This document shows positions 8,031-15,434 of a stretch of DNA of 29,301 nucleotides, in pieces. The stretch spans positions 1-29,301 of the forward strand of contig DASTQG010000405.1 in assembly GCA_035761885.1 (NCBI GenBank), written 5' to 3'. The translations under genes and the position numbers were made by a program. Origin of the DNA: Steroidobacteraceae bacterium (GTDB lineage: Bacteria; Pseudomonadota; Gammaproteobacteria; Steroidobacterales; Steroidobacteraceae). Below the pieces are notes generated by a model. It saw only the letters and a program-made list of their open reading frames with translations. It searched no databases and was not told where the DNA came from. The first letter of the stretch is position 1. Every line of letters starts with the position of its first letter.

Positions 8031-9005
8031 ATGCCGCTCGTGAAAACTTCCCCACCCTTGCGCAGGTTCGGCCGCACCGGCTGGCAGGTGAGCGAGGTCG
8101 GCCTGGGGTTGTGGGGCATGGGCAGCTGGCCGGACCGCGACGACCGTGAAAGCGCGGCTTCGCTGCGACTTGCCGCGGATCTCGGCTGCAACTTCTTCGA
8201 CAGCGCGTGGGACTACGGCCAGGGCAGGAGCGATGCGCTGCTCGGCGACCTCATCGCCGCGCGCCCCGCGCAGCGGCTGTTCGCCGCCACCAAGGTCCCG
8301 CCGGCCAATTTCAAGTGGCCTGCCGCTGCCGCCGATGCGTACGAGGACGTCTTCTCGCGCGATCATGTGCTGGATTACACGCGTCGATGCCGCGAGCTGC
8401 TGCGCGTGCCGACGATCGATCTGCTGCAACTGCACGTGTGGGACGATACCTGGACCGCGCACCCCGCGTTCGCCGCCACGATCGCGGAGCTCAAGGAATC
8501 CGGCCTCATCCGCTACTTCGGGCTGAGCCTCAATCGCGGCCAGCCCTGGAACGGATTGCGCGCCGTCGCGACCGGCCTGGTGGATGCCGTGCAGGTGGTC
8601 TACAACATCTTCGATCAGTCCGCGGAGGATGCGCTCTTTCCAGCCTGCCTCGAGCACGACGTGGCGGTGATCGTGCGCGTGCCCCTGGACGAAGGAAGCC
8701 TGGGCGGCGGCCTCACGCGCGCCTCGCGCTTCGCGCCGGACGACTTTCGCGCCCGCTACTTCGGCGCGGGCAACCTCGAGCGGACCGTGGAACGCGTCGA
8801 GCGGCTCAGGCCGCTGGTGCCCGAGGGACTGACGCTTGCTGAAATGGCGCTGCGTTTCGTGCTGTCGAACCGCGCCGTGAGCACCGTGATCGTGGGCATG
8901 CGCAAGGAAACGCACGTGCGCGCCAATCTCGCGGCCGGTGCGCCGCGAACTCTCCCGCCGCCGCTGCTCGCGCAGCTGCGCGAGCACAGGTACCGGACTT
9001 TGTAA
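8031..9005 (+). CDS. Aldo/keto reductase, about 324 aa (start ATG 8031 or GTG 8040)
   Basis: RRFGRTGWQVSEVGLG, NFFDSAWDYG, ATKVPP, IDLLQLHVW, VQVVYNIFDQ and VSTVIVGMR. The stop codon lies inside a palindromic element. Confidence 0.93.
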   Translation: MPLVKTSPPLRRFGRTGWQVSEVGLGLWGMGSWPDRDDRESAASLRLAADLGCNFFDSAWDYGQGRSDALLGDLIAARPAQRLFAATKVPPANFKWPAAAADAYEDVFSRDHVLDYTRRCRELLRVPTIDLLQLHVWDDTWTAHPAFAATIAELKESGLIRYFGLSLNRGQPWNGLRAVATGLVDAVQVVYNIFDQSAEDALFPACLEHDVAVIVRVPLDEGSLGGGLTRASRFAPDDFRARYFGAGNLERTVERVERLRPLVPEGLTLAEMALRFVLSNRAVSTVIVGMRKETHVRANLAAGAPRTLPPPLLAQLREHRYRTL

Positions 9006-9064
9006 TTTGCAATTCTCGGGCAGCGCCACGCGCTGGAATTGCAAATTACAATGTCCGGTACCTG
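8987..9064. repeat. 78-bp palindromic REP/MITE-like element, copy A (CAGGTACCGGACTTTG family)
   Basis: Arms 8987-9015 / 9036-9064 pair at 28/29. Same length and same 16-nt terminus as the copy at 19944-20021. Confidence 0.9.
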
Positions 9065-9070
9065 CTGCGT

Positions 9071-9454
9071 CTACATCCGCGCCTGCGCGGAGGGGGCGCC
9101 GTCTCCGTCCCAGAGCTTCTCCAGACCGTAGAACTCGCGCACGCGCGGCAGCATGATGTGCACGAGCACGTCGGGCAGGTCGACCAGGACCCATTCGCCG
9201 TCGCGCTCGCCTTCCACGCCGAACGGACGTGCGCCGGCCTCGCGCGCCTTCTCGATGACGCGATCGGCGACGGAACGGACGTGACGGTCTGAGGTGCCCG
9301 AGGCGATCACCATGATGTCGGTGATGTCGGTCAAACCGCGTACGTCGAGCACCTTGACGTTCACGGCTTTCATGTCTTCAAGCGCCTCGACCACGACGGA
9401 CTGCAGATTGCGTTGCGGCCGCTTGCGGGGGCGCTTGATTGCGGTGGGTGTCAT
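9071..9454 (-). CDS. rsfS: Ribosome silencing factor RsfS (Iojap)
   Basis: LEDMKAVNVKVLDVR, MVIASGTSDRHV, WVLVDLPDVLVHIM and REFYGLEKLW. Confidence 0.97.
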   Translation of the reverse strand: MTPTAIKRPRKRPQRNLQSVVVEALEDMKAVNVKVLDVRGLTDITDIMVIASGTSDRHVRSVADRVIEKAREAGARPFGVEGERDGEWVLVDLPDVLVHIMLPRVREFYGLEKLWDGDGAPSAQARM

Positions 9455-9496
9455 GCGGGTGATGGACCTCCTTTGCGGTGAATGAAATCGACGCGC

Positions 9497-10135
9497 TCAA
9501 CTTTTCTGGTAGCAACGGGACTCGAGGATGATCTTGCGCACGCTGTCGGGCATGAGGAAGCGCGGATCGCGCCCGGCAGCGATGAGGTTACGCACCTCGG
9601 TGGAGGAAATCTCGAGCTGGGTCACGGCGTGGATGTAGATGCAGCCGGCGCGCGACTCGTGCAGGTCGCCGATGCGCCCGGTGCCGCGGTCCACGAGCAG
9701 CTCACCCAGCGGGCCCATCCCCGGGGCGCGCCAGCCCGGGCGGTGCGCGACCACCACGTGCGCCAGCTGCAGGATCTCGCGCCACTGATACCACTTGGGA
9801 AGGCCCAGGAATGCATCCATGCCAACGATGAGACAGAGCGAGCGATCCGGATGTTCCGCCCGAAGTGTCGCCAGCGTATCCACGGAATATGACGGCCCTT
9901 CGCGCCGGATCTCGCGGTCATCGACGATGAAGCCGTGCTGGCCCTCCGTCGCGGCGCTCACCATCTGCAGACGCACCTCGGCGCTCGCGATCGGCGACTC
10001 GCGGTGCGGCGGGTTGCCGGCCGGCATGAAGCGCACCTCGGTGAGACGCAGCGACTGCAGCAGCTCGAAAGCCGTGCGCAAGTGCCCGTAGTGAATGGGA
10101 TCGAACGTGCCGCCGAAGATGCCGATCGGATTCAT
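9497..10135 (-). CDS. nadD: Nicotinate-nucleotide adenylyltransferase
   Basis: GIFGGTFDPIHYGH (HxGH), SYSVDTL, LIVGMDAF and ISSTEVR. Confidence 0.97.
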   Translation of the reverse strand: MNPIGIFGGTFDPIHYGHLRTAFELLQSLRLTEVRFMPAGNPPHRESPIASAEVRLQMVSAATEGQHGFIVDDREIRREGPSYSVDTLATLRAEHPDRSLCLIVGMDAFLGLPKWYQWREILQLAHVVVAHRPGWRAPGMGPLGELLVDRGTGRIGDLHESRAGCIYIHAVTQLEISSTEVRNLIAAGRDPRFLMPDSVRKIILESRCYQKS

Positions 10136-10197
10136 TGATTAGGTTACGTGCCCTGAGCCGGTAACCTGCCCTAAGTCATCTTGCAATGCAAAGTGCC

Positions 10198-11205
10198 TCA
10201 GGCTGCCCTTCCACTGGGTGCCTGCGGAACCCCGGACGCGCCCGCCATGCGGGCGACCAGGCGGGCAAGCTCGTCCCATGGGTCGCCGGGCGCACGGCCC
10301 TTGATGGTGCGATCCACCAGCGCGGCTTCGGCAACCAGGTCCGCGATCTGGCCCGCCTTGAGCCGGCGCACCGCGTCGACAAGGCCCGCCGGGGGTCGTT
10401 GCCAGACCGGCACCGCCTGCAGGCCCCGACTCGAATTCCAGACCGCGCGGATACCCGAGGCGAGCGCCCACAGGATCAACGTCGGCTCCTCGCCTTCAGT
10501 CTGCAAGCCGTCGAGGATGCGCAGTGCGCGCGCCGCGTCGCCGCGCAGCGCCGCATCCTGCAGTTTGAACACGTCGTAGCGCGCGCTCTTCGCCACGGCA
10601 GTCTCGACCGTCGCAAGATCCACGTTGCCGCCGCCGAGCAGCAGCGCGAGCTTGTCGATCTCCTGTTGCGCGGCCAGCAGGTTTCCCTCCACGCGCTCGG
10701 CGAGAAATTCGGCCACGCCCGGCGAGGGTTTCAGACCCTGGCGCTGCATGCGCGCGGTGATCCACGCGGGCAGACGTCCCAGCTCGATCGACCACACCGG
10801 CACCCAGACGCCCGAGCGCTCGAAAGCCTTCACCCACGCACTGTTCTGCGCGGTGCGATCGAGCTGAGATGCGATGACGAGCAGCAGCTGGTCCGGTGCG
10901 GGACGTTCGAGGAGCTCCTGCAGCACTTCTGCGCCGTCGCCCGGCTTGCCGGTCGGCAGCTTCACCTCGAGGATGCGTCGCTCGGCGAACAGCGAGAGCG
11001 AGGCGCTCTCCGCGCGCAGCGAGTTCCAGTCGAAACCACGCTCGCCGAAGAACACCTGGCGGTCGGAGAAACCGGCCTGCCGCGCAGCGGCGCGGACCGC
11101 GTCCGCGGCTTCGGCCACGAGGAGCGGTTCGTCCCCGGACACGAGGTAGGCGTGAGAGAGCTGGCGCGCGAGATGAGCGGCGAGCGAATCGGAACCGAGC
11201 TTCAC
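10198..11205 (-). CDS. holA: DNA polymerase III subunit delta, 335 aa
   Basis: GTG start at 11205 (MKLGSDSL). AYLVSGDEPLL, SLSLFAERR, ERVEGNLLAAQQEIDKLALL and LVDRTIKG; lies upstream of nadD. Confidence 0.95.
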   Translation of the reverse strand: MKLGSDSLAAHLARQLSHAYLVSGDEPLLVAEAADAVRAAARQAGFSDRQVFFGERGFDWNSLRAESASLSLFAERRILEVKLPTGKPGDGAEVLQELLERPAPDQLLLVIASQLDRTAQNSAWVKAFERSGVWVPVWSIELGRLPAWITARMQRQGLKPSPGVAEFLAERVEGNLLAAQQEIDKLALLLGGGNVDLATVETAVAKSARYDVFKLQDAALRGDAARALRILDGLQTEGEEPTLILWALASGIRAVWNSSRGLQAVPVWQRPPAGLVDAVRRLKAGQIADLVAEAALVDRTIKGRAPGDPWDELARLVARMAGASGVPQAPSGRAA

Positions 11206-11993
11206 GGCGCAAGAGTACGCGAGGCCGCAGGCGATTGCATCCCGCGCCCGCTCGCAAGGTGCACGAACAGGCCGAGAACCGCCATGACCCACACGATGAG
11301 GCTGCTCGAGGGCAGGTCCGTGAGGAGCGAGAGCAGAAGTCCCACCGCGTAGCTGGCCACTGCGAGCGCATAGCCCACGACGAGCTGGCGCGACTTCTGG
11401 TAGCGATAGGTTGCCACCGCCGGCACGATCAGCGTGGTGAACACGAGATACACGCCGACCATCTGCACCGCCACCGTGACGACGAGTGCGAACAGCACGT
11501 AGAAGCCGATGCGCCCGATGCGCTCGCGGACAGTGAACCACACGGCGATGAACACGGCGGTCAGAATGGCGGCGTGCCAGAGCTGGGTTGCGGAAACCCA
11601 CAGGATCTGGCCGGCCAGCAGCTCCTTGAGATCCTCGCCCCCGTGCGGATCGTTCGCCAGGATCAGGATCTGTGCGGTGGATGCGAGCACGAAGAGGATG
11701 CCGATCAGCGCCTCCTGCGCTTCCGGCCGCTTGCGCTCGGTCCAGGTGAGCAGCAACGCGCCCAGCAGTGCCGCAACGACCGCCGCGATCTGCGTGCTCC
11801 AGCCGTTCTCACCCATGCCGAAGGTGTGAGCCGCGATCACGCCGAGCCCCGCCACCTGCGCGATCGCAAGATCGATGAACACGATGCCGCGCGCCAGCAC
11901 CTGCTGGCCCAGCGGCACGTGCGAGACCAGGACCAGGAGGCCTGCGATCATCGCCGGCCCGATGATGCCGAGGTTGTCGATGAGTGTGCTCAT
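11202..11993 (-). CDS. Metal (Zn/Mn-type) ABC transporter permease, ZnuB/ABC-3 family
   Basis: Polytopic membrane protein with GIVFIDLAIAQVA, QEALIG, DPHGGE and GQILWV. ATGA overlap with the binding-protein gene and GTGA overlap with holA. Confidence 0.88.
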   Translation of the reverse strand: MSTLIDNLGIIGPAMIAGLLVLVSHVPLGQQVLARGIVFIDLAIAQVAGLGVIAAHTFGMGENGWSTQIAAVVAALLGALLLTWTERKRPEAQEALIGILFVLASTAQILILANDPHGGEDLKELLAGQILWVSATQLWHAAILTAVFIAVWFTVRERIGRIGFYVLFALVVTVAVQMVGVYLVFTTLIVPAVATYRYQKSRQLVVGYALAVASYAVGLLLSLLTDLPSSSLIVWVMAVLGLFVHLASGRGMQSPAASRTLAP

Positions 11994-12889
11994 TGCGGCA
12001 CCTGCAATCGCTTCAGCGTGTCGTCGAACAGGCCATACAGGTCCTTCGCCCCGGGAGTGCCGCCCACGGTGTAGGGCAGCAGCACGACCGGGGCACCGGT
12101 GCGTCCGGACAGCCAGTTCACCGCCTTCGAATCGTTGTATGCGTTCCTGAGGATCATGCGCGGCGGATCGGACTCGAGCTTCGCCACCAGCGAGGCGAGA
12201 TGACCCGCGCTCGGCGGCACCCCGGGCTTGGGCTCGATCGCCGCGATCTCCCGCAGGCCGAGCCAGTGCGTGAGGTAGGCCTGGTCGCGATGGATCACCA
12301 CCACGCCGACGCCTTTCAATGCCTGCGCCTGTGGCTCCCAGCGGCGCATCGCCTCGCTCCAGCGCGCCTGGAATTCCTTGCCACGCTCGGCGTAATACGC
12401 GGCGTTCGCACCGTCGATCTGCGCCAGTCGCTTCGCCAACGCGTCGGCCACCGTGGCGATGTTGCGCGGGTCGAGGTGGATGTGCGGGTTACCGAGCGGA
12501 TGCACGTCGCCCATCGCGCGATCGACGCTGGTCGGCACTTCGAGCAGGCGCACCTGCTGCGTCGCCTCGAAGTAGCCCGGCTGGCCGGGCCGCACGCGTG
12601 CGTTGCCCGATTCCTGCAGCAGCACCGGCAGCCAGCCGATCTCGAGCTGCGCCCCGGTCGCGACCACGAGTTGCGCGTTGCGCGCGCGCGCGACGAGGCT
12701 CGGCTTGGCCTCGACGCGATGCGCGTCCTGGAATGCCGTGGTGGCGGCGTACACATCGACCCTGTCCCCGCCGAGCTCGCTCGTGAGCGACGCCCACTCG
12801 GGAGTCGTCGCGAGCACCCGCACCGCTGCCTGTGCGGGCAACGAGAAGACGAGCAGCAGAGCACAGAGTCCCCTGAAGAGAGCTGTCAT
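11990..12889 (-). CDS. Metal ABC transporter substrate-binding protein, ZnuA/cluster A-I family
   Basis: Signal peptide, DAHRVEAKPS, GDVHPLGNPHIHLDP, VIHRDQAYL and EPKPGVPPSAGHL. AGGAG RBS. Confidence 0.92.
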   Translation of the reverse strand: MTALFRGLCALLLVFSLPAQAAVRVLATTPEWASLTSELGGDRVDVYAATTAFQDAHRVEAKPSLVARARNAQLVVATGAQLEIGWLPVLLQESGNARVRPGQPGYFEATQQVRLLEVPTSVDRAMGDVHPLGNPHIHLDPRNIATVADALAKRLAQIDGANAAYYAERGKEFQARWSEAMRRWEPQAQALKGVGVVVIHRDQAYLTHWLGLREIAAIEPKPGVPPSAGHLASLVAKLESDPPRMILRNAYNDSKAVNWLSGRTGAPVVLLPYTVGGTPGAKDLYGLFDDTLKRLQVPQ

Positions 12890-12898
12890 GGCGTGCTC

Positions 12899-14296
12899 CT
12901 AGAACTTGTGGGCGCCGTGCGCGCCGAGGCTGTAGAGATACTGGAGCTGGAACTGGCGGTCCTGCTCCTGGTCGCGCGATTCGTCCCACGCGAACTGCGC
13001 GCGCAGGCGCGAGAACTCGCTCGGATTCCAGTCGACCATCAGCGTGAGGCGACTCGGCGAAGCGGCAAGCAGCGCGGGCAACGCCTGCGGCGGCAGTTCG
13101 CCCGAGTCCACCAGGCCGATGCGCGGATTGCCGGAATCGAGCGCGTCGTAGCGCGCGCCCAGGCGCCAGCGCGGACGGAATTGATAGACGCTCTGCAGGT
13201 ACCAGCCGTTCTGGCGGCTGCTGAAGTCTCCGTTCAACGCCGCGCCATCCACGTCGAATGCCAGCGTTCCATCCTCTTCGCGGCGCAGGTATTCGCCCTG
13301 CACTTTCAGGTTGCGCTGCGTGGGATTGCCTTGCGGCGACCACTTGAGCACGAAGTCGCCGGCCCACGTCTTCGAGGTACCCGTGAATGCGTTCACGACG
13401 GGCAGGCCGTCGGCATCCACATCGTCCCACGCCCGCTCCTGCGCGCGCACGTCGAGGTACGACACGCCAGCGCGCCAGCTTGCGGAGTCGCCGATGTCGC
13501 TGCCCACGTGCGCGAACGCCGCGGCGCCGTTGAGCCCGTTCGCCTCGCGACGCGTGCCGGGGAAGGCATCGCCGTTGCCGCTCTCCGCGCCGATCTCGAC
13601 GAACAGGTCGGTGGGCGCGATCCATTTCACCTGCACGCCGTTCTGCGCGAGCTGGCCGCCGTAGAACGCCTGGTAGGCGAGCGGCTGGTCGGTGAAATCC
13701 CATGCGTGCGCATGCACCTCGTTGAGGTAACCGATGCCCGAGAAGAAGCGTCCCATTTTGGCCGTGAAGCCTTCCGGGAGCGCGATGGTGCGCACGAAGG
13801 CCTCTTCCACTTCGATCTCGTCCTCAGGCGACAGAGCCGCGGTGAGGCTGCCGGCGAAGTACGGATCGATGTTCGCCGAGAGCGTGATCTCGGACTCGCC
13901 GAGATTGAAACTGCGCTCGCCCGGGCCGATTTCCCCGCCGGTCGGGATGAAGCCGGCGATGGCGAACGTGGCCGGATCCTGTGACGTGTGCGCGTAGTTG
14001 CCCGCGAGGATCACGGACATCGCGGGATTGAACGCGGTGGCGCCGCTGCTCGTCAATGCGGTGGCCGCGGGTGCGGCGGCGGGCATGGGCTCGCTCGGTG
14101 CGATCGCCTCCGCCGCGGACAACTGCGTTTCGAGCTGCGCAATGCGCTCTTCGAGCGTCTGAATGCGGGCTGTGTAATCGGACTTCAGCGCCTGCAACTC
14201 GGCGCGCAGGGTGGAAAGGTCGTCAGCCGCCGCCGGGCGAGCGACGGCGCAGCCGGCCAGCAGGAGCACGGCACCCAGGGAATGCGAAACGTTCAC
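12899..14296 (-). CDS. Outer-membrane beta-barrel receptor/porin of the type found with ZnuA-like proteins, 465 aa
   Basis: GAGGAGG RBS before GTG 14296. Signal peptide, N-terminal coiled coil, His motif YLNEVHAHAWDF and C-terminal LGAHGAHKF ending in Phe. Confidence 0.85.
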   Translation of the reverse strand: MNVSHSLGAVLLLAGCAVARPAAADDLSTLRAELQALKSDYTARIQTLEERIAQLETQLSAAEAIAPSEPMPAAAPAATALTSSGATAFNPAMSVILAGNYAHTSQDPATFAIAGFIPTGGEIGPGERSFNLGESEITLSANIDPYFAGSLTAALSPEDEIEVEEAFVRTIALPEGFTAKMGRFFSGIGYLNEVHAHAWDFTDQPLAYQAFYGGQLAQNGVQVKWIAPTDLFVEIGAESGNGDAFPGTRREANGLNGAAAFAHVGSDIGDSASWRAGVSYLDVRAQERAWDDVDADGLPVVNAFTGTSKTWAGDFVLKWSPQGNPTQRNLKVQGEYLRREEDGTLAFDVDGAALNGDFSSRQNGWYLQSVYQFRPRWRLGARYDALDSGNPRIGLVDSGELPPQALPALLAASPSRLTLMVDWNPSEFSRLRAQFAWDESRDQEQDRQFQLQYLYSLGAHGAHKF

Positions 14297-14315
14297 GAGT
14301 CTTCCTCCTCGACGG

Positions 14316-14350
14316 AAAAAATGCGCGAGTGCGCGCCCGAGGCGCTGCAC
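14316..14350 (-). terminator. Possible attenuator hairpin plus U6 tract between the DUF2946 leader and the receptor gene
   Basis: Minus strand GTGC(a)GCGCC-tcg-GGCGC-GCAC (14350-14329), then 7 nt, then TTTTTT (14321-14316). The gap before the U tract is atypical. Confidence 0.3.
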
Positions 14351-14364
14351 CCGGATTCATCGGT

Positions 14365-14682
14365 CTAGAGGAGGACGGGAGGTGCGCGGGAACGAAACGC
14401 GAGGAGTGGACGATGCGAGTCCGCGCCGCTTGCTTGCGCGCCCAGGGAGCGCAGCTCGCCGCCGAGTGCGACGACGGGCGCGCAGGCGCTCGAGCCGACC
14501 GCGGACAGGAGCGGTGCGAACGAAGGACAGAGATTGCAGGCCTGCGTGTGCAGGCTGGAGAGATCGACGGGCTGGTTTCCGGTCGCATGCGCATAGGCAT
14601 GCGCCTGTGCGCCAAATTGACCGAGCAGCAGTGCAGCCGCCAGCAGGAGGCGAAACGCCAACTTGCGACTCGACCGGTGCAT
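14365..14682 (-). CDS. DUF2946/CruR-like leader protein with CxxC and C-terminal RAPP motif, 105 aa
   Basis: Signal-like N-terminus, HAYAH, HTQACNLC and C-terminal FRSRAPPVLL. Lies directly upstream of an outer-membrane receptor gene. Confidence 0.8.
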   Translation of the reverse strand: MHRSSRKLAFRLLLAAALLLGQFGAQAHAYAHATGNQPVDLSSLHTQACNLCPSFAPLLSAVGSSACAPVVALGGELRSLGAQASGADSHRPLLAFRSRAPPVLL

Positions 14683-14695
14683 GAACGCGAGTCTA

Positions 14696-14716
14696 CCATT
14701 TGCCCATGGCAATTGG
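14696..14716. promoter_or_regulatory. Imperfect palindrome in the 38-bp divergent intergenic region; candidate operator
   Basis: CCATTTGCC-cat-GGCAATTGG pairs at 8/9. It does not match a box I recognise. Confidence 0.25.
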
Positions 14717-14720
14717 ATCG

Positions 14721-15434
14721 ATGAACGGTGGCGAGGCGATCCGGCTGCGCGGTGTGGAGTACGCCTGGCATCAGGGACCACCGGTCCTGCGCATTCGGCA
14801 GTTCGACGTCGCACGCGGGGAGCGCGTGTTCCTTTACGGGCCGAGCGGCAGCGGCAAGAGCACGCTCCTCGGCCTGATCGGCGGGGTACTGCAACCCGCA
14901 CAGGGCAGCATCGAGGTGCTCGGCCAGCGGCTCGAAACGATGCGCGCTTGGGAGCGCGACCGTTTCCGGGCGCGGCACGTCGGGTTCGTCTTCCAGATGT
15001 TCAACCTCATTCCCTATCTTTCGGTGATCGACAACGTGCTGTTGTCCACGCGCTTCTCGCGCACGCGCCGCGAGCGCTCCGGCGGGGCCGAGGCGGCCGC
15101 ACAAGCACGACGCCTGCTGAGCGCACTCGGCATCGGTGCCGGGGAGCTCACCGCTCGCAAGGTCACGCAGTTGAGCATCGGACAACAACAGCGCGTGGCG
15201 GCGGCGCGAGCGTTGATCGGACGGCCCGACCTGCTGGTGGCCGATGAGCCCACTTCCGCGCTGGACCAGGATGCGCGCGCCTCGTTCCTCGACCTGCTGA
15301 TGCGTGAGTGCGCGGCCTCCGGCACGACGCTCCTGTTCGTGAGCCACGACGCAACGCTCGCCGCGCGCTTCGACCGGGGCGTTGCGCTCAGCGACATCAA
15401 CTCCGTACCCACCGCCACCACGGTGGCTGCGTGA
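14721..15434 (+). CDS. ABC transporter ATP-binding protein, LolD/MacB-type (ZrgB/PA4064-like), 237 aa
   Basis: Walker A GPSGSGKST, Q-loop FVFQMFNL, signature LSIGQQQ, Walker B LLVADEPT and H-loop VSHD. Confidence 0.93.
   Translation: MNGGEAIRLRGVEYAWHQGPPVLRIRQFDVARGERVFLYGPSGSGKSTLLGLIGGVLQPAQGSIEVLGQRLETMRAWERDRFRARHVGFVFQMFNLIPYLSVIDNVLLSTRFSRTRRERSGGAEAAAQARRLLSALGIGAGELTARKVTQLSIGQQQRVAAARALIGRPDLLVADEPTSALDQDARASFLDLLMRECAASGTTLLFVSHDATLAARFDRGVALSDINSVPTATTVAA

Noticed and set aside
11206-11601. N-terminal extension of the holA ORF to 467 aa
   Set aside because: It overlaps the permease on the same strand in another frame, and HolA homology begins at GTG 11205.
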